Shown here: positions 28,226 to 35,887 of the stretch, piece after piece
Layout of the letters: every line of letters begins with the position of its first letter
Numbering within the stretch: the stretch's first letter is position 1
Assembly: GCA_021809425.1 (NCBI GenBank)
Contig: JAKBAA010000017.1
Location: forward strand, 1-48,210
DNA from: Actinomycetes bacterium
GTDB taxonomy: Bacteria > Actinomycetota > Acidimicrobiia > Acidimicrobiales > Bog-793
Reading direction: 5' to 3'
DNA length: 48,210 bases
Program-made: the position numbers and the translations under genes
The notes under the pieces: generated by a model
The model's input: the letters and a program-made list of their open reading frames with translations, nothing else
Told to the model about the DNA's origin: nothing
The model's database searches: none

Positions 28226-28984
28226 TCAGGACGTGGGCGGCGTCCCGTCGCCATCGGTCGCACCTCCCTCGGGGGCGGCCGGTGCCATGGTCGTCGCGCC
28301 GGATCCGGTGCCTTGTCGCCCGACGGCGCCGCTGAGGTCGTCGACGGCGGGTGCCGCCCCGCGCTCGAGCCGGAGGAGGCGGCCGGCGCGGATCATCCCG
28401 ACGCGGTCGGCGACCCGGGCGACCTCGGAAAGGACGTGCGACGAGAGGAAGACGGCGGCGCCGCGCCCGGTGGACCCCCGGACGATGTCGAGCACCTCCT
28501 GCTGCACGAGCGGGTCGAGGCCGGTCGTCGGCTCGTCGAGGATGAGCAGCTCGGGTTCGCCCATGAACGCCTGGACGAGGCCGACCTTCTGGCGGTTGCC
28601 CTTCGACAGGGCGTGGATGGGCGTGTCGAGCTCGAGGTCCAGCCGGTCGGCGAGCCCGGCGAACGGGTGCGCCGCGGTCCCGCCTCGCAGGTGGGCGAAG
28701 TGGGTGAGCAGCTCGCGGGCGGTCAGCCGGTCGTACAGGGACAGCTCGCCGGGCAGGTAGCCGACCCGGCGTCGCACCGCGGTCCCGTCGGCTCGCGGGT
28801 CGAGGCCGAACAGGCGGACCTGCCCGGCCTCCGGCCGGATGAGGTCGAGGAGCAGGCGGATCGTCGTCGTCTTGCCGGCGCCGTTCGGGCCGAGGAAGGC
28901 GAGGACCTCGCCGCCGGCGACCGACAGGCTCACCTGCTCGATGCCGCCACGACCGCGGTAGCGCTTGGTGACGTCCGCCATCAT
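28226..28984 (-). CDS. ABC transporter ATP-binding protein (ABC-2 / NatA-like), apparently intact
   Basis: Walker A GPNGAGKTT, signature LSKGNRQKV, Walker B LLILDEPTTGLD, H-loop SSHVL. Only the C-terminal 252 aa of track ORF 28226..30301 are real. Confidence 0.8.
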   Translation of the reverse strand: MMADVTKRYRGRGGIEQVSLSVAGGEVLAFLGPNGAGKTTTIRLLLDLIRPEAGQVRLFGLDPRADGTAVRRRVGYLPGELSLYDRLTARELLTHFAHLRGGTAAHPFAGLADRLDLELDTPIHALSKGNRQKVGLVQAFMGEPELLILDEPTTGLDPLVQQEVLDIVRGSTGRGAAVFLSSHVLSEVARVADRVGMIRAGRLLRLERGAAPAVDDLSGAVGRQGTGSGATTMAPAAPEGGATDGDGTPPTS

Positions 28985-29024
28985 GAGCGGAGCTGCCGGG
29001 GACGGCGTCACGGTGTCGGCGGCG

Positions 29025-29669
29025 TCACCGGGCGGCACCGGTGGTGAGGGAGCGGCGCAGGCGGAGGCCGGCCAGGAGGAAGAGGGCGGCGGCGAAGCCG
29101 GCGAGGACGGCGAGGTCGCGTGCGATGGCCACCACGTCGCCGTGGCCGGCGAGCAGCTGGGTCCAGGCGTCGACCGCCCAGGCATGGGGCGTGAGATGCC
29201 CGAGGGTGCGCATGACGCCCGACACGATGGAGAGCGGCCACATGCAGCCGCCGAGCATGGCGAACGTGATGCCGATGACCGGCCCGATGGCGCTCGCCTG
29301 CTCGGCGGCGCGGAAGACGGTGCCGGTGAGCATGCCGGCCCCGGCACCGACGAGGCACCAGAGGACGACGAGCGTCCCTGCGGCGAGCGGGTTGCCCCAG
29401 GAGACCCCGAAGGCCACGGCGCCGACGCCGACGAGGAGGATCGACTGCACAAGGGTGACCGCCAGGTAGGTGAGCGACTGGCCGAGGATGATGGTCCCTG
29501 GCCGGATCGGGGCGGCGGACATCCGCTCCAGCACGCCGAGCCGTCGCGTCTCGATGAGGGCAGCGCCGCCGGTGACCGGGCCGATCTCGAAGCCCACCTG
29601 CTCGACGGCCACCCGGTCGCCGAAGCGCTTGACGAGGCCGATGCAGGAGAGGACGGGCGGGCCCGGCAC
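29025..29669 (-). pseudogene. Deletion chimera: the first ~30 aa of an ABC ATPase (LVKRFGDRVAVEQVGFEI) fused in frame to the C-terminal half of an ABC-2 permease
   Basis: The N-terminus mirrors the ATPase start (DVTKRYRGRGGIEQVSLSV). The rest is permease helices (ILGQSLTYLAVTLVQSILLVGVGAVAF...PHAWAVDAWTQLLAG). Confidence 0.5.
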
Positions 29670-29714
29670 GCGGGCAGTCTGCGCCGGCAGCCCCGTGCGT
29701 CCAAGGGGCGAAGG

Positions 29715-30605
29715 TCACGCGCCTTCGGCGCTGCCCTCCTCGCAGCCGGGCCGGTGGCCCTCGGCGAGGAGCGCCCCGCAGCCCGGGCAGACGAGATGGG
29801 CCCAGCAGGCTTCCTCGCCGCCCTCGTCGTCGACGAGGCCCGTCGCGGCCCGATCCTCCATCGTGCCGGGCCCGGGTGCCGGTCCGGCGTGGTGCTCCCG
29901 CGCGACGGGCTCGCCGGGCGCGCCGCCGGTCGGCCCGGGGGTCGCGGCGGCGAGACCGCGGCGGACGACCAGCCGGCAGCCGGCGCGTCGGGGGTCGCGC
30001 GGCACGAGCCGCTCGACCGAGAGGGCCCCGAGGCCCTCGGCGAGGCCCTCGGCGAGGCCGAGGTGGAGCTGGCAGACGGTGCCGGGGTCGGTCTCGGCCA
30101 CCTCGGCGAAGGGGCACCGCTCGAGGACGAACTCGACGCGCCGGCCGCGCTCGAGCCGGCGCGGCCGGAAGCCGCGCCGTGCCATCTCCGCCTCGAGCTG
30201 CGCGAGCGGGTCGTCGGTGACCCCGAGCAGCGCTGCCCGGCGGTGCCCTTCCTGGCGTCCGACCTGGCGAGGCGGCTGCTGGCGGCGGATCGCGCCGGCA
30301 AGCAGGCCGGCCAGCCACGGGTAGGGACCGGCGCCTTCCCAGCGCTCGGCCACCTCGGGGTGGACCCGGTAGAGAAGGCGCGGGCGCCCCGGCCGTGTGC
30401 GCTCCTCGAGCGCCTCGACGACGAGGTGCGCCGCCTTCAAGACCGCGAGGTGCTGGCGCACGGCGTTGTGGTTGAGCTGCACCTGCTCGGTGAGCTCGGC
30501 GACGCCGACGGCACGGTCGGCGTCGGCGACGAGCCGGAAGATCCGATGGCGCGTCGGGTCGCCGAGCGCCCTGGCCTCCTGTTGCAGCGATGCGTCCACG
30601 TCCAC
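29715..30605 (-). CDS. ArsR/SmtB-family transcriptional regulator with a long Cys-containing C-terminal extension
   Basis: N-terminal winged HTH LGDPTRHRIFRLVADADRAVGVAELTEQVQLNHNAVRQHLAVLKAAHLV. The C-terminal region has CPFAEV...VCQLHLGLAEGL and a terminal CPGCG...GC pattern. Contains a 12-nt x2 repeat (AEGLAEGL). Confidence 0.75.
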   Translation of the reverse strand: MDVDASLQQEARALGDPTRHRIFRLVADADRAVGVAELTEQVQLNHNAVRQHLAVLKAAHLVVEALEERTRPGRPRLLYRVHPEVAERWEGAGPYPWLAGLLAGAIRRQQPPRQVGRQEGHRRAALLGVTDDPLAQLEAEMARRGFRPRRLERGRRVEFVLERCPFAEVAETDPGTVCQLHLGLAEGLAEGLGALSVERLVPRDPRRAGCRLVVRRGLAAATPGPTGGAPGEPVAREHHAGPAPGPGTMEDRAATGLVDDEGGEEACWAHLVCPGCGALLAEGHRPGCEEGSAEGA

Positions 30606-30666
30606 GCCGTCACCTCCGCCTCCGCGGGCGCTCGAGCCTCGGAGGTAGTTCTAGCGGAGACGAGAC

Positions 30667-32250
30667 CTACGCGGAGCGAGGATGGGCGGGGCCGAGCGAC
30701 GCAAGCTGCGCGAGGTGGTGGGCGAAGCGATCCTGGGCGGTCCATACGGCGAGCTGGCGGCGGGCGTAGAAGCGGAGCGCCGGCACCCACAGCGCCGAGC
30801 CGAGCCGCCGCGCCCGCCGGTCGGGAACGACGCCCTCGAGCAGGCCGCTCAGGTCGTCCCATCGCCGCGCCCATGCGGCGCGGGCGAGCGCCGGGAGACG
30901 CAGGACGAGGGCGGGGCGAGCGAGCGTGGCGGCAAGGTCGGGAAGGCGATGGAGCAGGCCGGCGATCCCGGAGGAGAGGATGGCCGGCCACGAGTAGAAC
31001 CGTCGCATCGCCTCGAGCACGCTCAGCTGGAGCTCCAGCGGCGACATCTGGGCGGGGCGCATCACGACCTGGTGGCCGTCGAAGAGGGACCAGTCGTCGC
31101 TCAGGAGGCGGCCGGCCGGCTCGACCCGCTGCCAGAGGTGGGTGCCGGGCAGCGGCGTCTCGACCATCAGCTGGAACGTGTCGATGCCGAGGCGCCGGGC
31201 GAAGGCGGCGGTGGCGACGGCGCTCGAGGCGGTGTCGGTGTCGAGGCCGGCGACGAACATGCCGTGGACGGCGATCCCGTGGTCGTGAAAGGCGTCGATG
31301 GCCCGCTCGATGCTCGCCACGCGCAGGCGCTTGCCGATCGTGGCGAGGGCGTCGTCGTTGATCGCCTCCACCCCGACCATGACCATGTCGCAGCCGGCGG
31401 CCCGAAGGAGCGACAGGAAGTCGTGGTCGGGCTCGGGGTGGGCGACCGACACGAGCGCGGCGTCGGCGCGTACCTGGGCGTACCACGACGGGGTGAGGTC
31501 GCGTTCGTGCATCACCTGCAGCAGGCGGGCCGTCCGTGGCTTGTTGACGACGAAGTTGTCGTCGTGGAAGAACACGCGCTGCGGGCGGAGCGCCTCGAGC
31601 TCCGCCACGACCTGGTCGGTACGCCGGTAGCGGACCGAGCGGGAGAACATGGCGGTCACCGAGCAGAACTCGCAGTCGAACGGGCAGCCCCACTGGGTCA
31701 TCACCGGTGTCGTCGTCATGCGCTCGTGGCCGACGATGAGCGCGAGGTCGGGGTCGGGCAGCTGCTCGAAGGCCGCCTGGTCGGCCCGCGGGCGCGACGG
31801 GTTGCGGCGAGCCCCCCCGTCGGCGGCGCGCCACGACAGGCCGGCCAGGCCGTCGAGCGGGCGGCCGCGCTCGAGGGCGCCGACCAGCTCGACGAGGGTG
31901 GCCTCTCCCTCGCCGCGCACGACGTAGGGGGCGTGGGTGAGCGCCTCTTGCTCGCAGAAGGTGACGTGCGGACCCCCGAGCACCACCGGGACGCCGGCGT
32001 CGGCGAGGAGGTCGGCGAGGCGGTAGGCAGCGGGCGCCGTGGCGGTCGTCGAGGAGATCCCGACGAGGTCGGCGCCGAGCACGTCCTCGAGGTCGACCGG
32101 CGCCAGCACCTCGCAGTAGATGCGCACGTCGTGCCCGGCCGCGGTCAGCATCGCCCCCATCAGCGGGAGCCCGAGCCGAGGCAGGAGCGCCCGGTCGTAC
32201 ACGTGGTGCCCGGCCGGGCGTGGCTCGACGAGGCGGATGCGCAGGCTCAT
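30667..32250 (-). CDS. B12-binding domain radical SAM protein (class B rSAM)
   Basis: N-terminal cobalamin-binding Rossmann (RIRLVEP...GHDVRIYCEVL...VGISSTTATAP...VVLGGPHVT). Radical SAM CxxxCxxC motif WGCPFDCEFCS. 527 aa. 4-nt overlap with the upstream rSAM/SPASM gene. Confidence 0.85.
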   Translation of the reverse strand: MSLRIRLVEPRPAGHHVYDRALLPRLGLPLMGAMLTAAGHDVRIYCEVLAPVDLEDVLGADLVGISSTTATAPAAYRLADLLADAGVPVVLGGPHVTFCEQEALTHAPYVVRGEGEATLVELVGALERGRPLDGLAGLSWRAADGGARRNPSRPRADQAAFEQLPDPDLALIVGHERMTTTPVMTQWGCPFDCEFCSVTAMFSRSVRYRRTDQVVAELEALRPQRVFFHDDNFVVNKPRTARLLQVMHERDLTPSWYAQVRADAALVSVAHPEPDHDFLSLLRAAGCDMVMVGVEAINDDALATIGKRLRVASIERAIDAFHDHGIAVHGMFVAGLDTDTASSAVATAAFARRLGIDTFQLMVETPLPGTHLWQRVEPAGRLLSDDWSLFDGHQVVMRPAQMSPLELQLSVLEAMRRFYSWPAILSSGIAGLLHRLPDLAATLARPALVLRLPALARAAWARRWDDLSGLLEGVVPDRRARRLGSALWVPALRFYARRQLAVWTAQDRFAHHLAQLASLGPAHPRSA

Positions 32251-33494
32251 CGCTCGCGGGCCGCCCGCCCGCTCGGGGCGACCGGCTGGAGGGTGGCCGG
32301 GGGCATCGCCGCCGAAGGGCCTGCCGTGGCGACGGCCGGCTCGAAGCCACAGGAAGGGTCCTCGGCGAGCACGTCACCGGTGCGGGCGAACGCCTGGGCG
32401 CGCGAGCCGCCGCAGGTGTCCCGCTGGGCGCAGCGGCCGCAACGCCCGGCGAGGCGCGTCGGGTCGCGCAGGGCCGAGAGGAGGGGGGCGGTGGCGTAGA
32501 TCGAGGTGAGCGGCTGCTGGCGCACGTTGCCGACGACGAGGGGAAGGAAGCCGCTCGGCGACACGTCGCCCCGGTGGGAGACGAACACGACACCCTGGCC
32601 GTCCCCGACGGCGAGCGGTGGCCGCCGCGCGTGCCGGGGTGCGGTCCAGCTGCGGGCTGCGAGCGCCTCGAAGCGCTCCTCGAGCGCTCCGGCGAGCGGA
32701 CCTGGTGCGGGCCCCCGGCCCGGCGGCGGCTCGGCGGCGACGAGGCGCCGGTAGTGGGGCGCCTCGGTCGTCTTGAGCGGGACATGCCGGGCGAGGGAGG
32801 CGAGGAACCGGAGGGCGTCCTCGGTCTCGCCGGCCGACAGGGGGCTGAGGGCGCGCCCCCGGCCGACGGGGACGAGGAAGAAGCAGCTCCACAGGTTGGC
32901 CCCGAGCTCGTCGACGAGGTGGCTGAGCGCCGGCAGCTCGAGGACGGTCTCGTGGCTCACCGTCGTGTTCACCTGGAGGCGCAGCCCGACGGCGCGCGCC
33001 GCCCGGCAGGCGTCGACGGTCCAGGCGAACGAGCCGGGGACGCGGCGGAAGGCATCGTGGCGCTCGGCGCTCGCACCGTCGAGCGACAGCGACACCGTCG
33101 AGGCTCCGGCGCGGCGCAACCCCGCCAGCCGCTCGGCCGTCGCCCGGGGCGTGCCGGCGGGGGAGACGGCGATGGTGAGGCCCCCCCGGGCGCCGTGGGC
33201 CACGAGCTGGTCCAGGTCCTCCCGCTGGAGCGGGTCGCCGCCGGTGAGCACCACGATGGGGCGTGGTGCCCCGAGCGAGGCGAGGTCGTCGAGGACGCCG
33301 AGCACCTCCCCGGTCGACAGCTCGCCGGGGTCGGCCCCTGCATGCGCGTCGGCACGGCAGTGGGCGCAGGCGAGGTCGCAGGCACGGGTCAGCTCGAACA
33401 GCACGAGGAAGGGCCGGGCGGCGACGTCGAAGCGGAGCCGCCGTACCCCGTCGGGCGCGCCGGCGCTCGTCCTCGAGCTGTTGGGCGGGTTCAT
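32247..33494 (-). CDS. Radical SAM / SPASM(twitch)-domain protein (AhbD/NirJ/anSME-like maturase family)
   Basis: rSAM motif LFELTRACDLACAHCRA. C-terminal auxiliary-cluster cysteines CGRCAQRDTCGG...DPSCGF. ATG at 33494 preceded by GAGGAG; upstream in-frame TTG/ATG alternatives exist. Confidence 0.85.
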   Translation of the reverse strand: MNPPNSSRTSAGAPDGVRRLRFDVAARPFLVLFELTRACDLACAHCRADAHAGADPGELSTGEVLGVLDDLASLGAPRPIVVLTGGDPLQREDLDQLVAHGARGGLTIAVSPAGTPRATAERLAGLRRAGASTVSLSLDGASAERHDAFRRVPGSFAWTVDACRAARAVGLRLQVNTTVSHETVLELPALSHLVDELGANLWSCFFLVPVGRGRALSPLSAGETEDALRFLASLARHVPLKTTEAPHYRRLVAAEPPPGRGPAPGPLAGALEERFEALAARSWTAPRHARRPPLAVGDGQGVVFVSHRGDVSPSGFLPLVVGNVRQQPLTSIYATAPLLSALRDPTRLAGRCGRCAQRDTCGGSRAQAFARTGDVLAEDPSCGFEPAVATAGPSAAMPPATLQPVAPSGRAARER

Positions 33495-33736
33495 CGTCCG
33501 GGCTCCTCGGGTCGGCGGCACGTGCACCGGTGGCCGACGACCTCGACCGCGGGCGCCGCCCGCCGCTCCGGCCGTCACCCCAGGATCGGTCGGCGTCCTC
33601 ATGGATGTCAAGTAGCGCACTACAGGTAGGGGAGGGGAGCGGAGCGCGCGGCCGGGCGGCGAGGGCGACCAGCAGGCGCCGGCGCCGTCGGGGCGGCCCG
33701 GGAGCGCGTCGCGGGGCGCCCGGTACGGTACGTCGT

Positions 33737-34690
33737 GTGAACGCGTCGACGGCGCTCGAGCGGTCGCCGGCGATCGTGCTGGTCGGTACGGGTGTCGTGT
33801 CGGTGCAGCTCGGGGCCGCCATCGCCACGAAGCTCTTCGGGCGGGTCGGCCCGGCCGGGACCGTGGCGATCCGGGTCACCTTGGCGGCGGTCGTCCTCGC
33901 CGCGCTGGCACGTGTCGCCCGGCACCGCTCGGCGCGGGGCGGCCGAAGCAGGTCGACCGGGGCGACGGTACGGGCGGACCGGCTCGTGGCGACGTGCTTC
34001 GGCATCGTGCTCGGCGGGATGAACCTCAGCTTCTACGAGGCCATCGCACGGATCCCGCTCGGGGTCGCCGTGACGATGGAGTTCTGCGGCCCGCTCCTGC
34101 TCGCCCTCGCCGGCTCGCGCCGCTGGTCCGACGGGCTGTGGGCGCTCGGCGCCGGAGCGGGCGTGGCGCTGCTCCTGAGCGGCGTCGGGCGGCGGCTCGA
34201 TCCGGCCGGGGAGGTGCTGGCGCTCGTCGCCGGCGCCTGCTGGGCGGGCTACATCCTGCTCAGCAAGGAGACGGGCCGTCGCCTTCCGGCTCTCGACGGG
34301 CTGGCGTGGGCGATGACCTCGGCCGCCGCGCTGCTCCTGCCGGTCGGCCTCGTCGCCGGCGGCACCGCCCTCCTCAGGCCCGGGGTGCTCGGGCTCGGGG
34401 TCGTCGTGGCGCTGCTGTCGTCGGTCGTGCCCTACAGCCTCGAGCTGCTGGCGCTGCGCCGGGTCACGTCACGTGCCTTCGGCGTGATGACGAGCCTCGG
34501 CCCGGCCGTGGCGACGGCGGTCGGGTTCGTCGTGCTCGGCCAGCAGCTGGACCTGCGGGAGTGGGTGGCGCTGGCGCTCGTCGTGGCGTCGAACCTCGGG
34601 AACACCCTGGGCGGGCGACGCGCGCCGTTGGCGGCGATGGCGCTCGAGCCGGTGCGGCGGCTCGACGACGGCGGTGCCGGGCGGATCTAG
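33737..34690 (+). CDS. EamA/DMT-superfamily transporter (RarD/drug-metabolite exporter type)
   Basis: ~317 aa, 10 predicted TM helices in two EamA repeats. GTG start; divergent from the radical SAM pair. Confidence 0.75.
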   Translation: MNASTALERSPAIVLVGTGVVSVQLGAAIATKLFGRVGPAGTVAIRVTLAAVVLAALARVARHRSARGGRSRSTGATVRADRLVATCFGIVLGGMNLSFYEAIARIPLGVAVTMEFCGPLLLALAGSRRWSDGLWALGAGAGVALLLSGVGRRLDPAGEVLALVAGACWAGYILLSKETGRRLPALDGLAWAMTSAAALLLPVGLVAGGTALLRPGVLGLGVVVALLSSVVPYSLELLALRRVTSRAFGVMTSLGPAVATAVGFVVLGQQLDLREWVALALVVASNLGNTLGGRRAPLAAMALEPVRRLDDGGAGRI

Positions 34691-34773
34691 GGTGGCTGCA
34701 CGCCGAGGTGCAGCACCTGTGGCGGGCTCCCACCGGGGAGCGGGAGCACGAAGGCGTCGATCGGGGGGCAGCG

Positions 34774-35799
34774 GTGAGGAAGGTGGCGATCCTCGACGAC
34801 TACGTCGGGGTGGCGCTCGAGCACGGTGACTGGTCGGCGCTGCCGGCGGATGTCGAGGTGCGGGTGCACCGCGAGGCCATCCCGCCGGAGCGGCTCGTCG
34901 AGGAGCTCGCCGGCGTCGAGGTGGTCGTGATCACCCAGCAGCGTGCGCGCCTTCCCCGCCAGGTGCTCGAGCAGCTTCCGAGCCTACGGCTCCTCGTGTG
35001 CAACGGCAGGACGAGCAACGTGGTCGACCACGTGGCCCGCAAGGAGCGGGGGATCCTGCTGTGCGGGACCGCCGACACGCGACAGCCGGCAGGCCGCCGC
35101 CCCGACCCGGCCGCCTCGAGGGGGTTGCCGGCGCCCTCCGAGCTGGCGTGGGCGCTCGTGCTGGCCGTGGCGAAGCGCGTCGTCGTCGAGGACCGGGCGA
35201 TCCGCGCCGGGCACTGGCAGACGGGCTTCCCGGTCCCGCTCGCCGGCCGGACCCTCGGCCTGCTCGGCGCCGGCCATCTCGGTGGCGCCATGGTCCCGGT
35301 GGCCAAGGCGCTCGGCATGGACGTCGTCGCATGGAGCCCGAACCTGACCGCCGGGCGCTGCGACGAGCTCGGGGTGGAGCGGGTGACGAAGGACGAGCTG
35401 CTGGCCGCCGCCGATGTGCTCGGGGTGTTCCTCGTGTTCTCGGAACGCTCCCGCCACATGCTGCGCGCCGACGACCTTGCGATGCTGCGTCGCGGTGCCA
35501 TCCTCGTCAACGTCTCCCGTGGGCCGATCGTCGAGGAGGCAGCGCTCGTCGAGGCGCTCCGCTCGGGCCACCTCGGTGGCGCCGGTCTCGACGTGTTCGA
35601 CCGGGAGCCCCTGCCGCTCGACCATCCGCTTCGCTCGCTCGAGAACGTCGTGCTGACCCCCCACATCGGCTACGTCTCCGAGCAACTGTTCCGGACGGCC
35701 TGGGAGCGGATGGCCGAGGACGTCACCGCCTACTTCGCCGGCGCACCGATCCGGGTCGTCACGAGCGACGACGACTGCCCGCCGATGGCGCCGCAGTAG
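34774..35799 (+). CDS. D-isomer-specific 2-hydroxyacid dehydrogenase (NAD-binding; PGDH/glycerate DH-like)
   Basis: GRTLGLLGAGHLGGAMVPVAKALGMDVVAW (GxGxxG Rossmann) and catalytic His/Glu/Arg (RGPIV..EAAL, TPHIGYVS). Real part is the C-terminal 341 aa of ORF 33994..35799. Confidence 0.8.
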   Translation: MRKVAILDDYVGVALEHGDWSALPADVEVRVHREAIPPERLVEELAGVEVVVITQQRARLPRQVLEQLPSLRLLVCNGRTSNVVDHVARKERGILLCGTADTRQPAGRRPDPAASRGLPAPSELAWALVLAVAKRVVVEDRAIRAGHWQTGFPVPLAGRTLGLLGAGHLGGAMVPVAKALGMDVVAWSPNLTAGRCDELGVERVTKDELLAAADVLGVFLVFSERSRHMLRADDLAMLRRGAILVNVSRGPIVEEAALVEALRSGHLGGAGLDVFDREPLPLDHPLRSLENVVLTPHIGYVSEQLFRTAWERMAEDVTAYFAGAPIRVVTSDDDCPPMAPQ

Positions 35800-35887
35800 G
35801 GCACCCCGACGTGCGCGCCCCGCCGCGACGAGTGCGCCGGCGTGTGCCGCGACGTCGTCGAGCCGATGACCGAGCCGAGCGGGACCG

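Noticed and set aside
28985-30301. N-terminal 439 aa of track ORF 28226..30301
   Set aside because: Only the last 252 aa are the ABC ATPase. The upstream extension is Ser/Arg/Ala-rich read-through across the chimera and ArsR genes in the wrong frame.
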